From Bugula neritina (lineage: Eukaryota > Animalia > Bryozoa): a DNA stretch of 64,000 nt. Of this stretch, positions 1-13,470 are shown piece after piece. The position numbers and the translations under genes are program-made. Every line of letters begins with the position of its first letter. The stretch's first letter is position 1. The DNA lies in contig OZ037769.1 of NCBI GenBank assembly GCA_964035545.1, forward strand, positions 16,026,633 to 16,090,632, given 5' to 3'. The notes below the pieces were generated by a model. It did not search any database, was not told where the DNA came from, and worked only from the letters and a program-made list of their open reading frames with translations.

Positions 1-570
1 ACCATATAATTAAAACAGCAAGTAAGATGCAGCTAAAGCCATGCATTATGCACAGGATTAAAGAAATTATGTTAATGAAAATATAAATTGATACTCTACA
101 ACAAACAAGTCTAAAAATAGAGAATATAAAAGCTGCAGACAAAAACCATAATAAATCAGTCTAGAAATTTAATTTCAAATACAAATACAAAATATTTTGG
201 GGTTTTACAGTTTACATGTAATATCAGTTAATACTTGTATAAAGTAAATAATGGAGTCACTAACTTGTATATTAAACTACAACAAAAATAAATTATCTAA
301 AAATATATTATGCAGACAACTACAAGATTTTAGGAAAAGTAATAAAATAAACAGCTATTCACGAGCCAATAGAATGAGTCATCAGATTCTTCTCATATAG
401 AGTTATCTTCCCATGTCTCACATGTAGACTAAAGAAAGTAGAGTATATAACACATATATTATATAGAGTATACTTGTTCAGTATGAGAGGTTATCATTAT
501 ATTACAATATACTCTGAGTGCAGTTAGATACACCATCTTGAAGTAAGGAGTGGATATAATATTACTGTAC

Positions 571-729
571 CTGGAGGGGGAGGTGGGTACTGACTAGTGT
601 AGTCAGCTGTCTGTCCAGTAGGGGGTGCTGTCCTGTTGATGGGTGGAAGACGACCTTGAGGATAATGTTGTTGAGACTGAGAGTACGTTGGAGGAGGTCG
701 TCTGCTGTTATGGTGACTCATCTCTTGTT
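571..729 (-). CDS. Candidate internal exon of a host gene (Pro/Gln/Ser-rich, low complexity)
   Basis: On the minus strand a pyrimidine tract and acceptor (ctactcttctgcttctttag) end at 730, and a donor CCAG|GTACAGT starts at 570. The exon is 159 bp, phase 1 at both ends, and open: QEMSHHNSRRPPPTYSQSQQHYPQGRLPP...QYPPPPP. It is GC-richer than its flanks. Confidence 0.6.
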
Positions 730-1199
730 CTAAAGAAGCAGAAGAGTAGAGTATAGTCTGCTAGCCATGTGACACCAGCAGTACAACCAATTGTTATTCA
801 GTGTCACACCTGCAGAAGGATGACTAGATTACAGTTTGCTAGTCATGTTACACCAGCAGTGCTACATATATACTTGTTCTTTAGTGTCAAATACTAAAAC
901 AACAAATATTTTGTTAGTAAAGATATCATTTCTTTTAAAAGTATATATATATAGTAATAAATATTATATTTTACTCTTTCACATAATAACATAATGAAAT
1001 ACTAAACTGTGCTCAGCTGAATTATAACAAAATACACAGAATACTAAAACATAATAAATATGTGAACTAAAACAACAATTAATCAGAATACAGAGTTTAG
1101 TGTATACTTTGCATCAGTTTCTCTTTAGTGTAATTCTCTCCTAGGATATGGTAATAATCATATATTGTATATATATATGCTCCGTCATGTAACTTTTTC

Positions 1200-1755
1200 C
1201 AACAACATGGCAGCATTTCATCAACAACATGGCAGTATTTCACCAACAACATGGCAGTATTTCACCAACAACAAGGCAGCATTTCATCAACAACATGGCA
1301 GCATTTCACCAACAACATGACAGCATTTTATCAACAAAATGGCAGCATTTCACCAACAACATGACAGCATTTTATCAACAAAATGGCAGTATTTCACCAA
1401 CAACATGGAAGTATTTCACCAACAACATGACAGCATTTCACCAACAACATGTCAGCATTTCACCAACAACATGGCAGCATTTCACCAACAACATGGCAGC
1501 ATTTCATGAACAACATGGCAGCATTTCACCAACAACATGGCAGCATTTCACCAACAACATGGCAGCATTTCATGAACAACATGACAGCATTTCACCAACA
1601 ACATGGCAGCATTTCACCAACAACATGGCAGCATTTCATCAACAACATGGCAGCATTTCACCAACAACATGACAGCATTTTATCAACAAAATGGCAGTAT
1701 TTCACCAACAACATGGCAGTATTTCACCAACAACATGGCAGCATTTCATCAACAC
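1200..1755. repeat. 22-bp minisatellite (CAACAACATGGCAGCATTTCAC)n, about 25 copies
   Basis: Tandem units with minor variants are directly visible. This array explains the repetitive ORFs at 1229 and 1449. Confidence 0.95.
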
Positions 1756-1789
1756 CTTCCAGTCAGCTGCTAGTCTCAGTGACTGAGTA

Positions 1790-4700
1790 TTATGTGTCAG
1801 CAATCCCTCGTGTGACGAGTATGATGTCTGCTTGCAAGCCCTAGTCTGTGCCGTGATCCGTAATCCGTTCCAGTTCAAAAATCCGTAAAATCCTACTAGA
1901 GGTTGTGAGTTCTGAGGTGACTCACAAGCCCAATTCGAGATCGGCATAATTTGCCACAGTGAGGACAAATGTTACTAGAGTCAGTCACTGGTGGGTGTGT
2001 AACAGAGCATAACTCCCTGCTTTTCCTTAACCGTTTGTGCTCTCGTTTTTGGCGTTGTTGTTGTTCAAAAATCGCTGTCCCTTGATGCACAACAGTTCTC
2101 CAATTTTTTCTGTCCAAGGCCTGAACTTCCCAGGTCTGTGGTCAAATGAAACACTGCTTAAGGCTCTCGTGTAGAGTGTCTTTATACCTTTTCCTCTGAC
2201 CACCCTGTGAGCGATTTCCAGTGTTCAGCTCAGAGTACATGATCTTTTTTGGTAGCCGGTTATCATCCATTCTTACCACATGGCCAGACCACTTCAGTTG
2301 TCTCTTCACAATCATGGTAGTAATACTTGTAGTTTGAGCTTTATCGAGGACACTGTTAGTAGTCTGCCTGTCTTGCCATTTGACTCCGAGGATTCGCCTG
2401 AGACTGCGGTTGTGAAATTTCTCGAGGGACAGCAGGTTGTGGCTATAGGTTACCCAAGTTTCAGAGGCATAAAGTAGTGTCGGGAGAACAATGGCTTTGT
2501 ATACTTTTAGTTTGGTCTGTCTGTATATATCCTTGTTGTTGAAAACGCGTGTTTGCAGCCTCCCAAATGCGGAGCTGGCGGCCTGGAGTCTTCGGTTTAT
2601 TTCAGCATCAATGTTTGCTTTAGAGGATAGGCAGCTACCTAAATAGTTGAAGGTAGTGACTTGGTCTAATATTTGGTCTCTCACCTTGAGGGAAAAATCC
2701 TCATGTCTTTCAGTATTCGAGTGTGGTTGGTACATTACTTGCGTCTTCTTGGCATTGAGTGTTAGACCAAGAGAGGTGTATGCTGTATTGAATGCTGTGA
2801 GAGCAAGTTGAAGTTCCTCCTCGGAATGAGCCATGATCATGTTATCATCAGCATACTGCAGTTCATGGATAGCCTCGGTAGCTGTCTTCGTCTTAGCTCT
2901 GAGACGTCTGACATTGAAAATATCATTAAATCTATATCTGATTCTTACTCCAGATGGCATACATTCACTCACTAGTTGAAGTACAGCAGTGAGGAAAATC
3001 GAGAACAAAGTAGGTGCTATCACACATCCCTGTTTTACTCCTGTGTTCACAGGAAACTCCTTAGAGTGGTCTCCATCAACTAATACTGATGCCTTCATGT
3101 CATCATGTAAGATGCGAATGATGGTAACTAATTTGTCGGGGCATCCAATCTTGCCTAGCACTTTCCACAGCGTTGGTCTGTGAACCGTGTCAAAGGCTTT
3201 ATTTAGATCGATGAATGCCATAAACAGATCACGGTGCTGCTCTAGGCATTTTTCTTGAATCTGCCGAGCAGCAAAAATTATATCCACAGTTCCTCGGTAA
3301 GGTCTGAAGCCACATTGGCTCTCTAGTAGGCATCTCTCTGTCAATTGGCCAAGTCTAAAACTAACTATTCTTGCCAGAAGCTTTCCAGCGATGGATAGCA
3401 GAGAGATACCCCTATAGTTTCCACAATCGGCTCTGTTACCCTTCTTGTAAAGAGTTACAATATTAGCATCCTTCAGATCAGGATGAAGTGATTCTTTTTC
3501 CCAAATCAGCTGAAAGAGCTCCAGCAATTTTCTGTTCAATTCTAGCCCACCACCTTTAAAAATCTCTCCAGGTATTCCATCCGGTCCGGCAGCTTTTCCT
3601 GACTTAGTCATGGATAATGCTTTCTCAAGTTCGTCAATCGTTGGGGGTTCGGCTAGGTGGGTCAGTATTGACAGTTGTGGCAGACATTCTAAGGTCTTCT
3701 CATCTACCATAGTGTCTTGGTTAAGCAGCTCTGAAAAATGTTCAGCCCATCTGCCCTTGATCTCATCTTTCCCCTTATGTATTGTGGAACCATCTTTGGA
3801 AGCTATTGGCCCACATCCTCCAAAAATTGGGCCATACAATCTCTTCGTAGCGGAAAAGAACTCTTTGCTACTGTTTGTCTCAGCAAGTCTCTGAAGTTCC
3901 TCAGATTTTGGGATCCACCAGTCATTTTTTATTGTCCTTATTCTCGCCTGTACTTTCCTTCTCATTTTATGATAATGTTCCCTTTTTTCCACATTTCTAT
4001 AGTCTTGGTGCCATAAGCTGAAAGCATGGCGTTTCTCCTTCATGAGCTCGTTTATTTCTTGTTCGTTGTCATCAAACCAATCTTCATGTTTTCGTTCTGG
4101 TTTACCCAAGGTTGAGTGGCATGTTTTCAAGATCGAATCTCTCAGAACTTCCCAGCTGCCATGAGTAGAATTTATATCAATATCTTGGATATTCTCTGTG
4201 AGCTCACTTTGGAAGCTCTGCTTTATTTCTGGCTGGTTGAGCAGCGATAGATTTATTTTTGTCTGCTTTCTTTTCCTGTTCATTTTTGCCAGAATCAGTC
4301 GATGGTCTGTCCAGCAAGCATCAGATAGGTCCATAGCTCGGGTTATACACACATCCTGCACATCCCGTTGTTTGACAATGATGTAGTCGATAAAGTGCCA
4401 GTGGCCAGATCTGGGATGTCTCCATGAGGTCTTGCGTCGGTCTTTCTGTCTAAAAAGGGTGTTTGTGATTACCAAGGAGTGTTCAGCACATTTGGTGAGC
4501 AGCATTTCCCCATTGCTATTTAGCTTCCCAGTCCCATCTTTACCAATTATCTTTTTCCACACATGGTGATCTTTTCCAACCCGAGCATTAAAATCTCCAA
4601 GGACCATGATTTTCGCACTCTTGGGGATCCTTGATAGAACCATATCTAGATTGGAGTAGAACTGCTCCTTTTCCTGATGATCAGCAAGCAATGTCGGTGC

Positions 4701-5719
4701 ATATGCTGAGATCAATGTTGCTTTCCTGTTGCGGCGTAGGTTTAGTTGGAGAGTCATCATCCTGCCGTTGATTCCCACTGGTAGCTGGTCGAGTTTCCTC
4801 ACAACCTCATTCTTGATAGCGAAACCAACCCCATGAACTCTCTGTTCATCAGCTGGTTTCCCTCTCCAGAAAAAAGTGTACCCACCACCAATTTCCGTGA
4901 GCTGCCCTTCATCAGCTAAGCGAGTTTCCTGAAGGGCTGCTATGTCTACATTTAGTCTTCTGAGTTCACGAGCTATGAAAGCCGTTCTTCTCTCAGGTCT
5001 GTTTGATTTATCATTGTCCATCATTGTCCGTACATTCCAGGTTGCTATGTTCATTTGTATTTTCTGACCGCAAAGAGGTGAACCCGCTGGACGCGGTAAT
5101 CCAGCCAGGTTGAGTTGGGAGCAGACTATGTTTGAGGCACCTTTTCTAGCCCTCTCCTCTGATTGAGGTGAGCAGAGTGGGTCCTAAAAAGGACTGCTCA
5201 GTCATAGAGATCACTACCGAACAACCATACTGCTCCCTGTCCTAAGTTGAGCGACTGATAAATCTCTACCGCCTACGTGCTGGTTTGTAACTGGAAACTT
5301 CCAGGCTTCACTTCCCTGTTCCCATCGCTACGCTCCAATCGCCGCAGGGCTTGAGGAGGGTTGCAAGCAGAAGCTGTGCGTGGTATAGAGCATTGTCGCA
5401 CGAAACGATACTCTGTAAGCTTGGCTAGGCATGTATGGATCCAGTGGCAAGGGAGCCTCGACGACTGGAAAACATGCCTAGTTGCAGTGAATGGCCGTTG
5501 ATTCATGGAATTCATTCGCCCTTTCAGTTTCCTGACGAGTGTTCACAAACCCGTTGCGTTTGTATAGGGACCACCTCCCATAGCCTTTGTGTTTATCTGA
5601 AACACATCCCGCAAGGCAGCGGGTGTACACTGGTTTAGTCGCCAGCGGCTCGACCATGAAACAGGTGGTACTGGATTACATGGTACCAGTAGCAGGTTAT
5701 TAGATCCTGACCTGACTGG
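1790..5719 (-). mobile_element. Full-length RTE-clade non-LTR retrotransposon (LINE)
   Basis: Single APE-endonuclease/RT ORF with about 665 bp of 5' UTR. It is flanked by a 13-bp direct repeat CAGTGACTGAGTA at 1777-1789 and 5720-5732 (TSD). Confidence 0.9.
1896..5054 (-). pseudogene. LINE ORF: AP endonuclease + reverse transcriptase + C-terminal C2H2 finger, with one in-frame stop at 2142-2144
   Basis: Endonuclease motifs: ATWNVRT, LQETR, GDFNAR, IDYI, TDH. RT motifs: NYRGISLL, KAFD, GVKQGC, YADD, YLGS. ORF 1896-2117 is in the same frame beyond the TGA and ends CPHCGKLCRSRIGLVSHLRTH. Confidence 0.92.
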
Positions 5720-6911
5720 CAGTGACTGAGTAGTACTTGTGTATCAGATGTTTCGGTCAGTCAGACTTGAGTCATTATGAGTCATCTCATCACGAGTAAG
5801 TATAAACATTTGTATGTTATTGTATGTTTAGTATGTCAAATTTATATGTACATCTGCAGTACTAATCAGTATAACACTATGTATATTGGTTGTAGACTAA
5901 AAGGAAATAGCAATAGAACTGGTCATTTGTAATATAGCAGCTTAATTTTCTATAATACTCTTATATGTTGAAATTATCCTCTCAAATTAGGATATGATTT
6001 TCATGACTGCTGCTGTATGCATTATAGAGTTATTTTCTCAATATTTTCAAGGAAAATAACTCTATAATTAAATGCATATAAATTGGCTGAGGGAGACAAC
6101 TTTATGATTGTATGTAGTTTTCCTATACTGATTACTATCTTTATGAGTACTAGAATACACTATCAGGTACCACCAGGTAATTGCAGGTGCTAGCAGGTGT
6201 AACAAGGTACTATAGTATAGCATATATAGGTACTGGCAGATGATTTTGCATATCTATGTAGTATATATGTATGTTACGTTACAGGAAAGTTGGTTTACAG
6301 TGTGTTATTTATGTAACTATATATAAGGAGTAAACAGAAGTACTCCACATGCAAATTTATACCTGCATACCGGCATGCCCAGAATAAACTGTCACCAATT
6401 CTCTATCCTTAAAGAATGTATAATGGATTATGAATAATTAGGGCAGCTGTTATAGCAACTATATAAATAATATTACATGTGATAGACTCATTGTTATAGC
6501 TGTTTGTATATATCATGGTGTTGATGGTACTTTATTGGAGCGTAAGTCTCAACTGATGCCATAAGGAAACGTGAAAACTATAATGGTGATGTATAAAACA
6601 ACATGTTAGTAAAAATATGCAAATATGTATAATAAGTCACCAAGTTATTGTCAAACAATAAAGATTTCATATTCTACTAAAATGCAAAAATATTATGTAA
6701 TTATTAAGAATAATAACTGTATTACCTGATTGGCTCTATACTAGTGCTATAAAACGGCTGCACTGGTCATGGCTCTAGCACTTGACCTACCATGGCTAGG
6801 CCAAGTCTTCTATAGCTAGCTAGTTTACAAGATGTGTTGGCTGACATAACAGCTCAAAACAGCTGCATTAATTCTATAGAAAACAAATGTATACCATAGC
6901 TTAAGTTTAAT

Positions 6912-6915
<4 letters not shown>

Positions 6916-6986
<71 letters not shown>
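6916..6986. repeat. (TA)n microsatellite
   Basis: Uninterrupted TA run. Confidence 0.98.
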
Positions 6987-6988
<2 letters not shown>

Positions 6989-9900
6989 CTTGATAATAGC
7001 TAAGTATAACTATAGTTTATTAATGCATTTCCAATACTTGGGTTTTTATATATTTTTAGTAATAAGGTGAGTTACAAAAAAGCCATGCTGGCCGTTAAAC
7101 TCATGCGTTTATATGATATATATAGCTATATAATATTATGTTGCAACTTTATGTTTCTGTTCAACATGCTTTAAACTGTCATTGTTTTGCATTTCAATAA
7201 TTATGCTTAATTTTATTTGTTTTAAAATTGCTTTTTACATCTTTATTCTTTTTATCTTATTCAACTCTCTAATAAGTTATATATAGCTATACATATGCAT
7301 GTATAAGGTATCTGCAGATTATGCATTATATAGGAAATCATTTTCTTAGGTCAAATCTGATGAATAATTCACACTGAATAGACTTAATATTATATTTTCA
7401 TTCCTTTAATATTATTATAAATATTTGTTCAATTTGGGGATTATTATAAGTGTTAATATAGTTTTAGGAAGTTCTGCATATATAAATGTGAGTTACTTTT
7501 ACACATTTCAAATGTTTTTCTATGCTATTTATTTATGGTATAATTTTTTTGATTTTTCAACAGAAAAGTATAATGCAGCAAAAATTATTATATATACAGA
7601 AATTATATATATAGTTTAGCTAATTATATAACATATACATGTGCACATGGTATAACATGTAACTTCATGTAATAGTATATGAATTTTCATATAATGCTGT
7701 AACCCTGTCTCAGAATACAAGTATACAGGTACACACAGGTTACAGGTTCATCATAAGTTAGCCTGCAGAGATCTCTTATACATTCACCAGCTCACCAGGT
7801 GGAGCTCATTGCTTAGCTACTTCCTGTATTCTGAGATAAATATCGTCAGTTTGAATATTCTAAACTGCCTGCACTCTGTAGGTGTTGTGTACGCCTGCAT
7901 GGGGCCACACTGGAATGACGTGCAAGAAATCCTGTTTAGCCCAAGAATTGGACATCATGAGTGGGATTTTCAGGCTGAGAAAGAAGATGTTCAATCTAAT
8001 TGGCTTATTATCATTTATAGCAGCACACTTTTTTATTTCAATTTACGTTTTAGCTTTTATTGAACTGAATCGAAGATAGTTTCATATAATTTGCATTTCC
8101 GTTCCTATAATATTATAAGATCTAAAGTGAAGTTGAACGCTAACATCATTGACTAATAAATTTTTTCACTGGCAACACACTCACTGTGTGTGGCAGGTCT
8201 CTACGGGTTTTCTTGCAGGTCACGTAGTGTGGCCCTACGCTTAGACATTGAATAACTCCTGAAACTAAAACAGGTAATTCCACCAAATTGCAGACGAAAT
8301 AATGCTCCAACACCAGATTTCTTTTGACATTTGCACACATCTGGTTGTATATGAATATTTTATGCATAGAGCAGGGCATAATTTCACAGTATCTCGTCCT
8401 CAGACATAACACTTATGTACCAATGCGAGATACATTACATCATAATTAAATGTTGTCTATCGGCAAAAATTTTGCAGTAGCCAATCATAGTACTATAACA
8501 GGGCAGTCTGAGTGTAGTATCCCGTTTATCAGCATAATTATAATAGCCCGTAGTTGAAGATGGAGTTGGAAGCTTTTCAAATACCTCCCGCATATAATAG
8601 CATTTATGCTAGTCCTTAAAACTAAATAAACATTATGGTAGACCAATAATCATGAAAGCTCTACTCATTTGTAACTGGAGGATTTGCAGCACCACAATAC
8701 TAAATTTCTCGCATTGGAGGTGCTTAGGCTGTGTTGTCATAGTTATATGTACTTATTGGGGCTTGGTATAAAATTAAACCTGACAATTATAAGAATTAAA
8801 GTATTATTGCTGTGGTTTCAACTGACCAACTTTGGAGTTATTATCTCGATTCTTTGTCAGGAATGGTTAGATAATTTCATGCAATAATGAGTTTTGGCTT
8901 TATATCATTATAAATAATGAGTTTTGGCTTTATATCATTATAAATATCTACATTGATGGCAGCACTGAGCTAGAATTCTAATATCTTTTCAAGCTCATTG
9001 GGTGGCAGCTTATCGGCTAAATTTTATGCAGATATTGAATAATGTGGTTTGATAGTTATGCTATATTGTTAGGTTCACAAGCATCTTTAAAAAGTTATAA
9101 TTATTGCATTGACCATAGGTCAAAAAATTACCTAAAGAGAGGGCAGACAACTCCAAAAGATTGGTTTCGCAGAAGCAAGTAAAATTCAGCTAAACTGAAT
9201 ACTCCAACTGATCAACATTTTCATCTATTGAAATTGAAGAAAAGTTAAATATTATTATACTATTCTAATCATGAATAGGCACAAGCTAAAAAGATATTTA
9301 TTTCAAAAAATATAAAAAGTAAAGTAACACAACAATGTTTGCAAACGCAGACCTAAAAATGTGAATATTCTAGCTAGAAATTAAGTCTGAAATTCAGACT
9401 TTTCTAGGTTGAATTGACTTTAATTGACTCACCAGAAAAAACAATTAATAAAATTATAAAGACAAGCATATAATGAAAAATGTAGTTCATTAGCAAAACT
9501 GGAGGAAAGCACTTTTTTTCTAGAAATTGTTGGATTACATAATACATTTTTGTGCAAATGATATTTTTTAATGAAATGAAACTGTTTTATTGTTTGGCTA
9601 GATGAAGTTTCAAAAGTAATTTTAATATTTTCTCAAATAAAGTAGACATGCACTCCATTTTCACATTTTTTGGCAAAACATATGATTGGGATTCAGTAGT
9701 CAATCAGTTAAGCTTGACACAAGGAGTTGTCACATCCATCCCAAAGAACAAGACCATCTACAATAACAAACATGGAAAGTACTTAAAATTACATTTAAGT
9801 TTACAATAATCCTTAAAATATATGTTGCCTTCTGCAAATGCTAAATAAAACACGATGTAATGCTATGTTTACTTAGACTAAATCTTGCTGACTTACAATG

Positions 9901-10189
9901 AAATTCATTCATTTCAATTTGAAAATTCCTGTCAATAACTTGACTCTATGCTAACAACTAATTGTAATACCAAAATCACACTGCTACTTTTAGTTTAGGG
10001 AATTTATTTTCATTATTAGTTCAATATTCAGCAGAGGTTTTTCTTTAATGAACAAACAATAGGCATACATGCAGATGAAAGATTAGGTCTAGTGAATACT
10101 AATCTTGTGCCTAATAAAAAAAAAAATGAAAGACTGCATGAAAAACTAACAACTCTAAAAAATTGCAATTTGAATGAGGCTCAGGCTTT

Positions 10190-13100
10190 TAGGTGAGCAA
10201 GAGTAACCAGAAGAGCTACTTTAATGGAAGAAATTACCGACTGATTGTGTAGTTGCAGGCTGCATGATGTGTTTTGATTGTCACAACCACTTTTGAAAAG
10301 GGAAAATCCATTAAATTAAGACTACTGGCAAACAACAGAACGATAAGGAAAAAACAACCAAGTAGAAATTCACTTCTCAAAGCAAACTGTAGTTAATACA
10401 TTATAGATGCTTAGAAGAAGCAGGCAATAGTGAATGCTATATAGTGTAGATCAGGATTCTATACAATGACAAGTAAACTGAAATTCCAGTGCACTTTGAA
10501 ACTACTTGTAAGAATGGGCTTAGTGCTTTGTAGTGCCTTGAAATTTTTTCAAGTCTAATTGGCACCATGCTATTAGAATTCGCAGAGAGATGACCCTTTA
10601 AACTTTCACTTTAAACTTTAATACCTTCACGATTTTCAGTAAGAAATTCAATTTATCTAGGTCTGAAATTTCACCGAGTTGCATTGCAAGCCGCTGGTCA
10701 AAATGTTTAGTTTGTGATAACTTAATCAGCTGATTTCAGAATAACAATCATTGGGAATGACATCTTCATGTAGATATAGATATTTATGCTTATAATTATA
10801 TCGGCTGCCTTCATCAATCATCGATACTATGCTGCCAAATCAACTAATTAATTACAGTTGGAAACTTCAAAGGGCATTGAATAGCAATTAAGCAAGTTAT
10901 ACTTTTAATATTACAAAAAGAACTTATGCATCAATATGATTTAAAATATAGGTGGGCACTCCGCTAGTGATATTAACTGAAACTGGAACTTTTTTCATGC
11001 AGGAAAAGCAAAAACGCATCTCAACAGAAACCCAAAAATTTCCAGCACACTTTATGCTTTGACAACACGCACACAATAACTTCGTTTATGGTACAAACCT
11101 TTTTGTTGATTGTTTTCCAACATTTTCACTAGAGCAAAGCCGAAAGAAATTTGGAAACTGCATAATGATGCCAGCCACCGTGGCATCATCTTCTCTGGAA
11201 AATTATTGACAAATCATCACCCAAAAACTTCAGCAAAGCCTCCATCAATAGTATGTAATACTTTAGGTGAAACTAAAAAGAAAGAGACAATATTTTCGTG
11301 TAATTTAACCCATCAATAAACGCATCAATAGTTAGTGTGGCCACGGTTTAAACCTCATTAATTTCATGCTATTTCAGGCTTTTACAACTTAAAAGATGTA
11401 ATTCATCTGCAAGAGAAATGTTAGGTATATGAAATGAGTAGAAGCGCAAAAGCAAGCAGGTATTAAGGAAGGAAGAGTTAGTAGGTGTACTTTGACTTGC
11501 GATAAATCAATGTGATACCAGATGTGAATTTTGAGGTGTGTTTACTCCAATCTCACTGAAAAGGTAGAAATAGCTAAATTTACGAGACACACAATATTTT
11601 ATAAAATACTGCACATTCATTAAAACTTTATAAAACTCTAGTGTAAAGGGTGACTCACACTTTTAAACCGTCGATGAGCCAAGTTGTAAAAGTTTGATGA
11701 GAACCTTTTACTCTATAAATTTATGCAATATAAAATACTCTCCACATATTCAACAGCTACGAAGTTTTGTTGAAGATAAACTTCCTCAACAAATATACAG
11801 AAAAAAGCTATTTGAAAGCCAAATTTCATTAGCATATTATAAGATTATTTGTGTTTCATCTTTATAAACAATGATTTAGTCATTTAACGGATAACTAATG
11901 ATTTCACTTTGTTTTTCATTCAATAAAAACTAAGTGTAGTTGGTATTAAAAACAGCTTTCATTTCTCACTTTTTTTCTCACCCTAATCTGCGTAGGCAAA
12001 CAATTGGTTTGTTTCAAACACCACAACAGTAAAGCGTGACAGCATAGCCAGTGGAGAAAACAGTCATCTATACTGCTGGATCAGTGGCAACTTGTGAGTG
12101 TGTCAGAGTAGTGTCTTGTTGTGTGACTCTAAAAATAAATTATGAATTTGAATATACTACAAAGTTGCAAACATTGTTTTAACAAAACACAGCATTTATT
12201 TGATATTATATGTAAAGCTCAAGTTGGTATAATATATATTAAATAAATTTTAGCTTTCCTTTTGGATACTCTGAAACAAAATAAAAAAATAAACCAAAAT
12301 TGGGTAAAGCCATGCAAACTAGAGAGAGAAAGAGAGTGGGAGAGGGGGGGTGGGAGAGAAAGGTTAGGAGAGAGGATGGAAGAGAGATGGGGTAGAAGAG
12401 AGAAAGGGAGAGAGTCAGAGAGATAGTGGAAAAGGGAAGAGAGAAAGGTTAGGAGAGAGAGAAGGTGGGAGAGACTGAGAGTGGGAGAGAGAGAAGGTGG
12501 GAGAGACAGAGGGTGGGAGAGAGGGAGGGTGGGAGAGAGGGAGGGTGGGAGAGAGGGGGAGAAAGAGAGAGAGGTTGAGTGGAAGGTGTGGGAGAAAGAG
12601 ACAGAGAGAGGAGTGAGAGAGCTTCCAGACTAACACCATTGACTTAAAAAATGTTGATAAAAACTGCAGCAAGTCTTTAAAAACGATGCTAGCAAGTTCA
12701 AAGCTCACTATAACTTTCAAAATCAATAAAATGTCAAGTTCAAAAAACTCATCTGCGAGCAAAAAATAGTTACAGAGACAACCAGGTATTGGGCAAGAGC
12801 CAGCTAATAGGAGTACCTTTTTAGATAAACTGCATGCAGGCACAGTGAGATAGCATCGGTGAGTTGTGTCTTCATTTTAATTTCCTAAAAATGAACATAA
12901 ACAAATGCTAGTAATGATAATTTTCAGGGTTATTAAGGGTGCAATTTTATCACTAAACATCATAGCAATAGCAAAAATTGCTCAGTACAAATTTAAGAAA
13001 AATTTCTTTCATCCATTACATAATACCCGAAATCAAATCCATTTATTCAATTCATCAAGCTGAAAAACCAAGAATAATCAGAAAGACAGTAAAATCACTT

Positions 13101-13470
13101 TCTAGTAAAAAACAGCTTTAGATCATAATTGTTGGGTTCAGCTCTTAAGCTAAGACACCGATGCACTGAAATACGAAAAAGATCAGCATACTTTTGACTG
13201 TCACAAAATTTATTTTACGTGCAACAGACATTTTAAGGTCACCCGCCACCCGCGCAGGACCACGTTGGTGAAAGGTGACCAGATATTTTAAGGTCAATCA
13301 AAATCAAGCAAAGTTCATCGTCATATTGCTTACTGCTTAATGCTGCAGCTTATTTTTGCTTACCAAGTTTCTTTCTGCAAAATAATTGTAGCTAGCTTCT
13401 CGATTTGCCATCTTTATTCCAGTCCAGGTTCAAATGACATCTTGATCGTTGCAAATATCCATGCAAGCTA
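10190..13470 (-). pseudogene. Decayed hAT-family (ZNF862-like) transposase, outer copy; boundaries approximate
   Basis: Reverse complement of the region at about 45740-48780. ORF 12415-12843 contains YFLLADE, resembling the first catalytic Asp strand. Other motifs follow in hAT order across stops and frameshifts. Confidence 0.55.
12320..12620. repeat. Purine-rich (GA/GGGA) low-complexity tract
   Basis: Visible GA-rich run. Its reverse complement, with a different length, lies at about 46355-46646. Confidence 0.9.

Noticed and set aside
1200-1755. CRISPR-like array
   Set aside because: The units are contiguous with no unique spacers, there are no cas genes, and the context is eukaryotic.
1229-1844. 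Repetitive ORFs (FHQQHGSISPTTWQHFTNNMAA)
   Set aside because: They are translations of a 22-bp minisatellite. The unit is not a multiple of 3 and the same peptide appears in different frames.
2280-4386. Short antisense ORFs within the LINE, and similar ones within gypsy gag/pol and the R4-like relics
   Set aside because: Shadow frames of retroelement coding sequence with no independent motifs.
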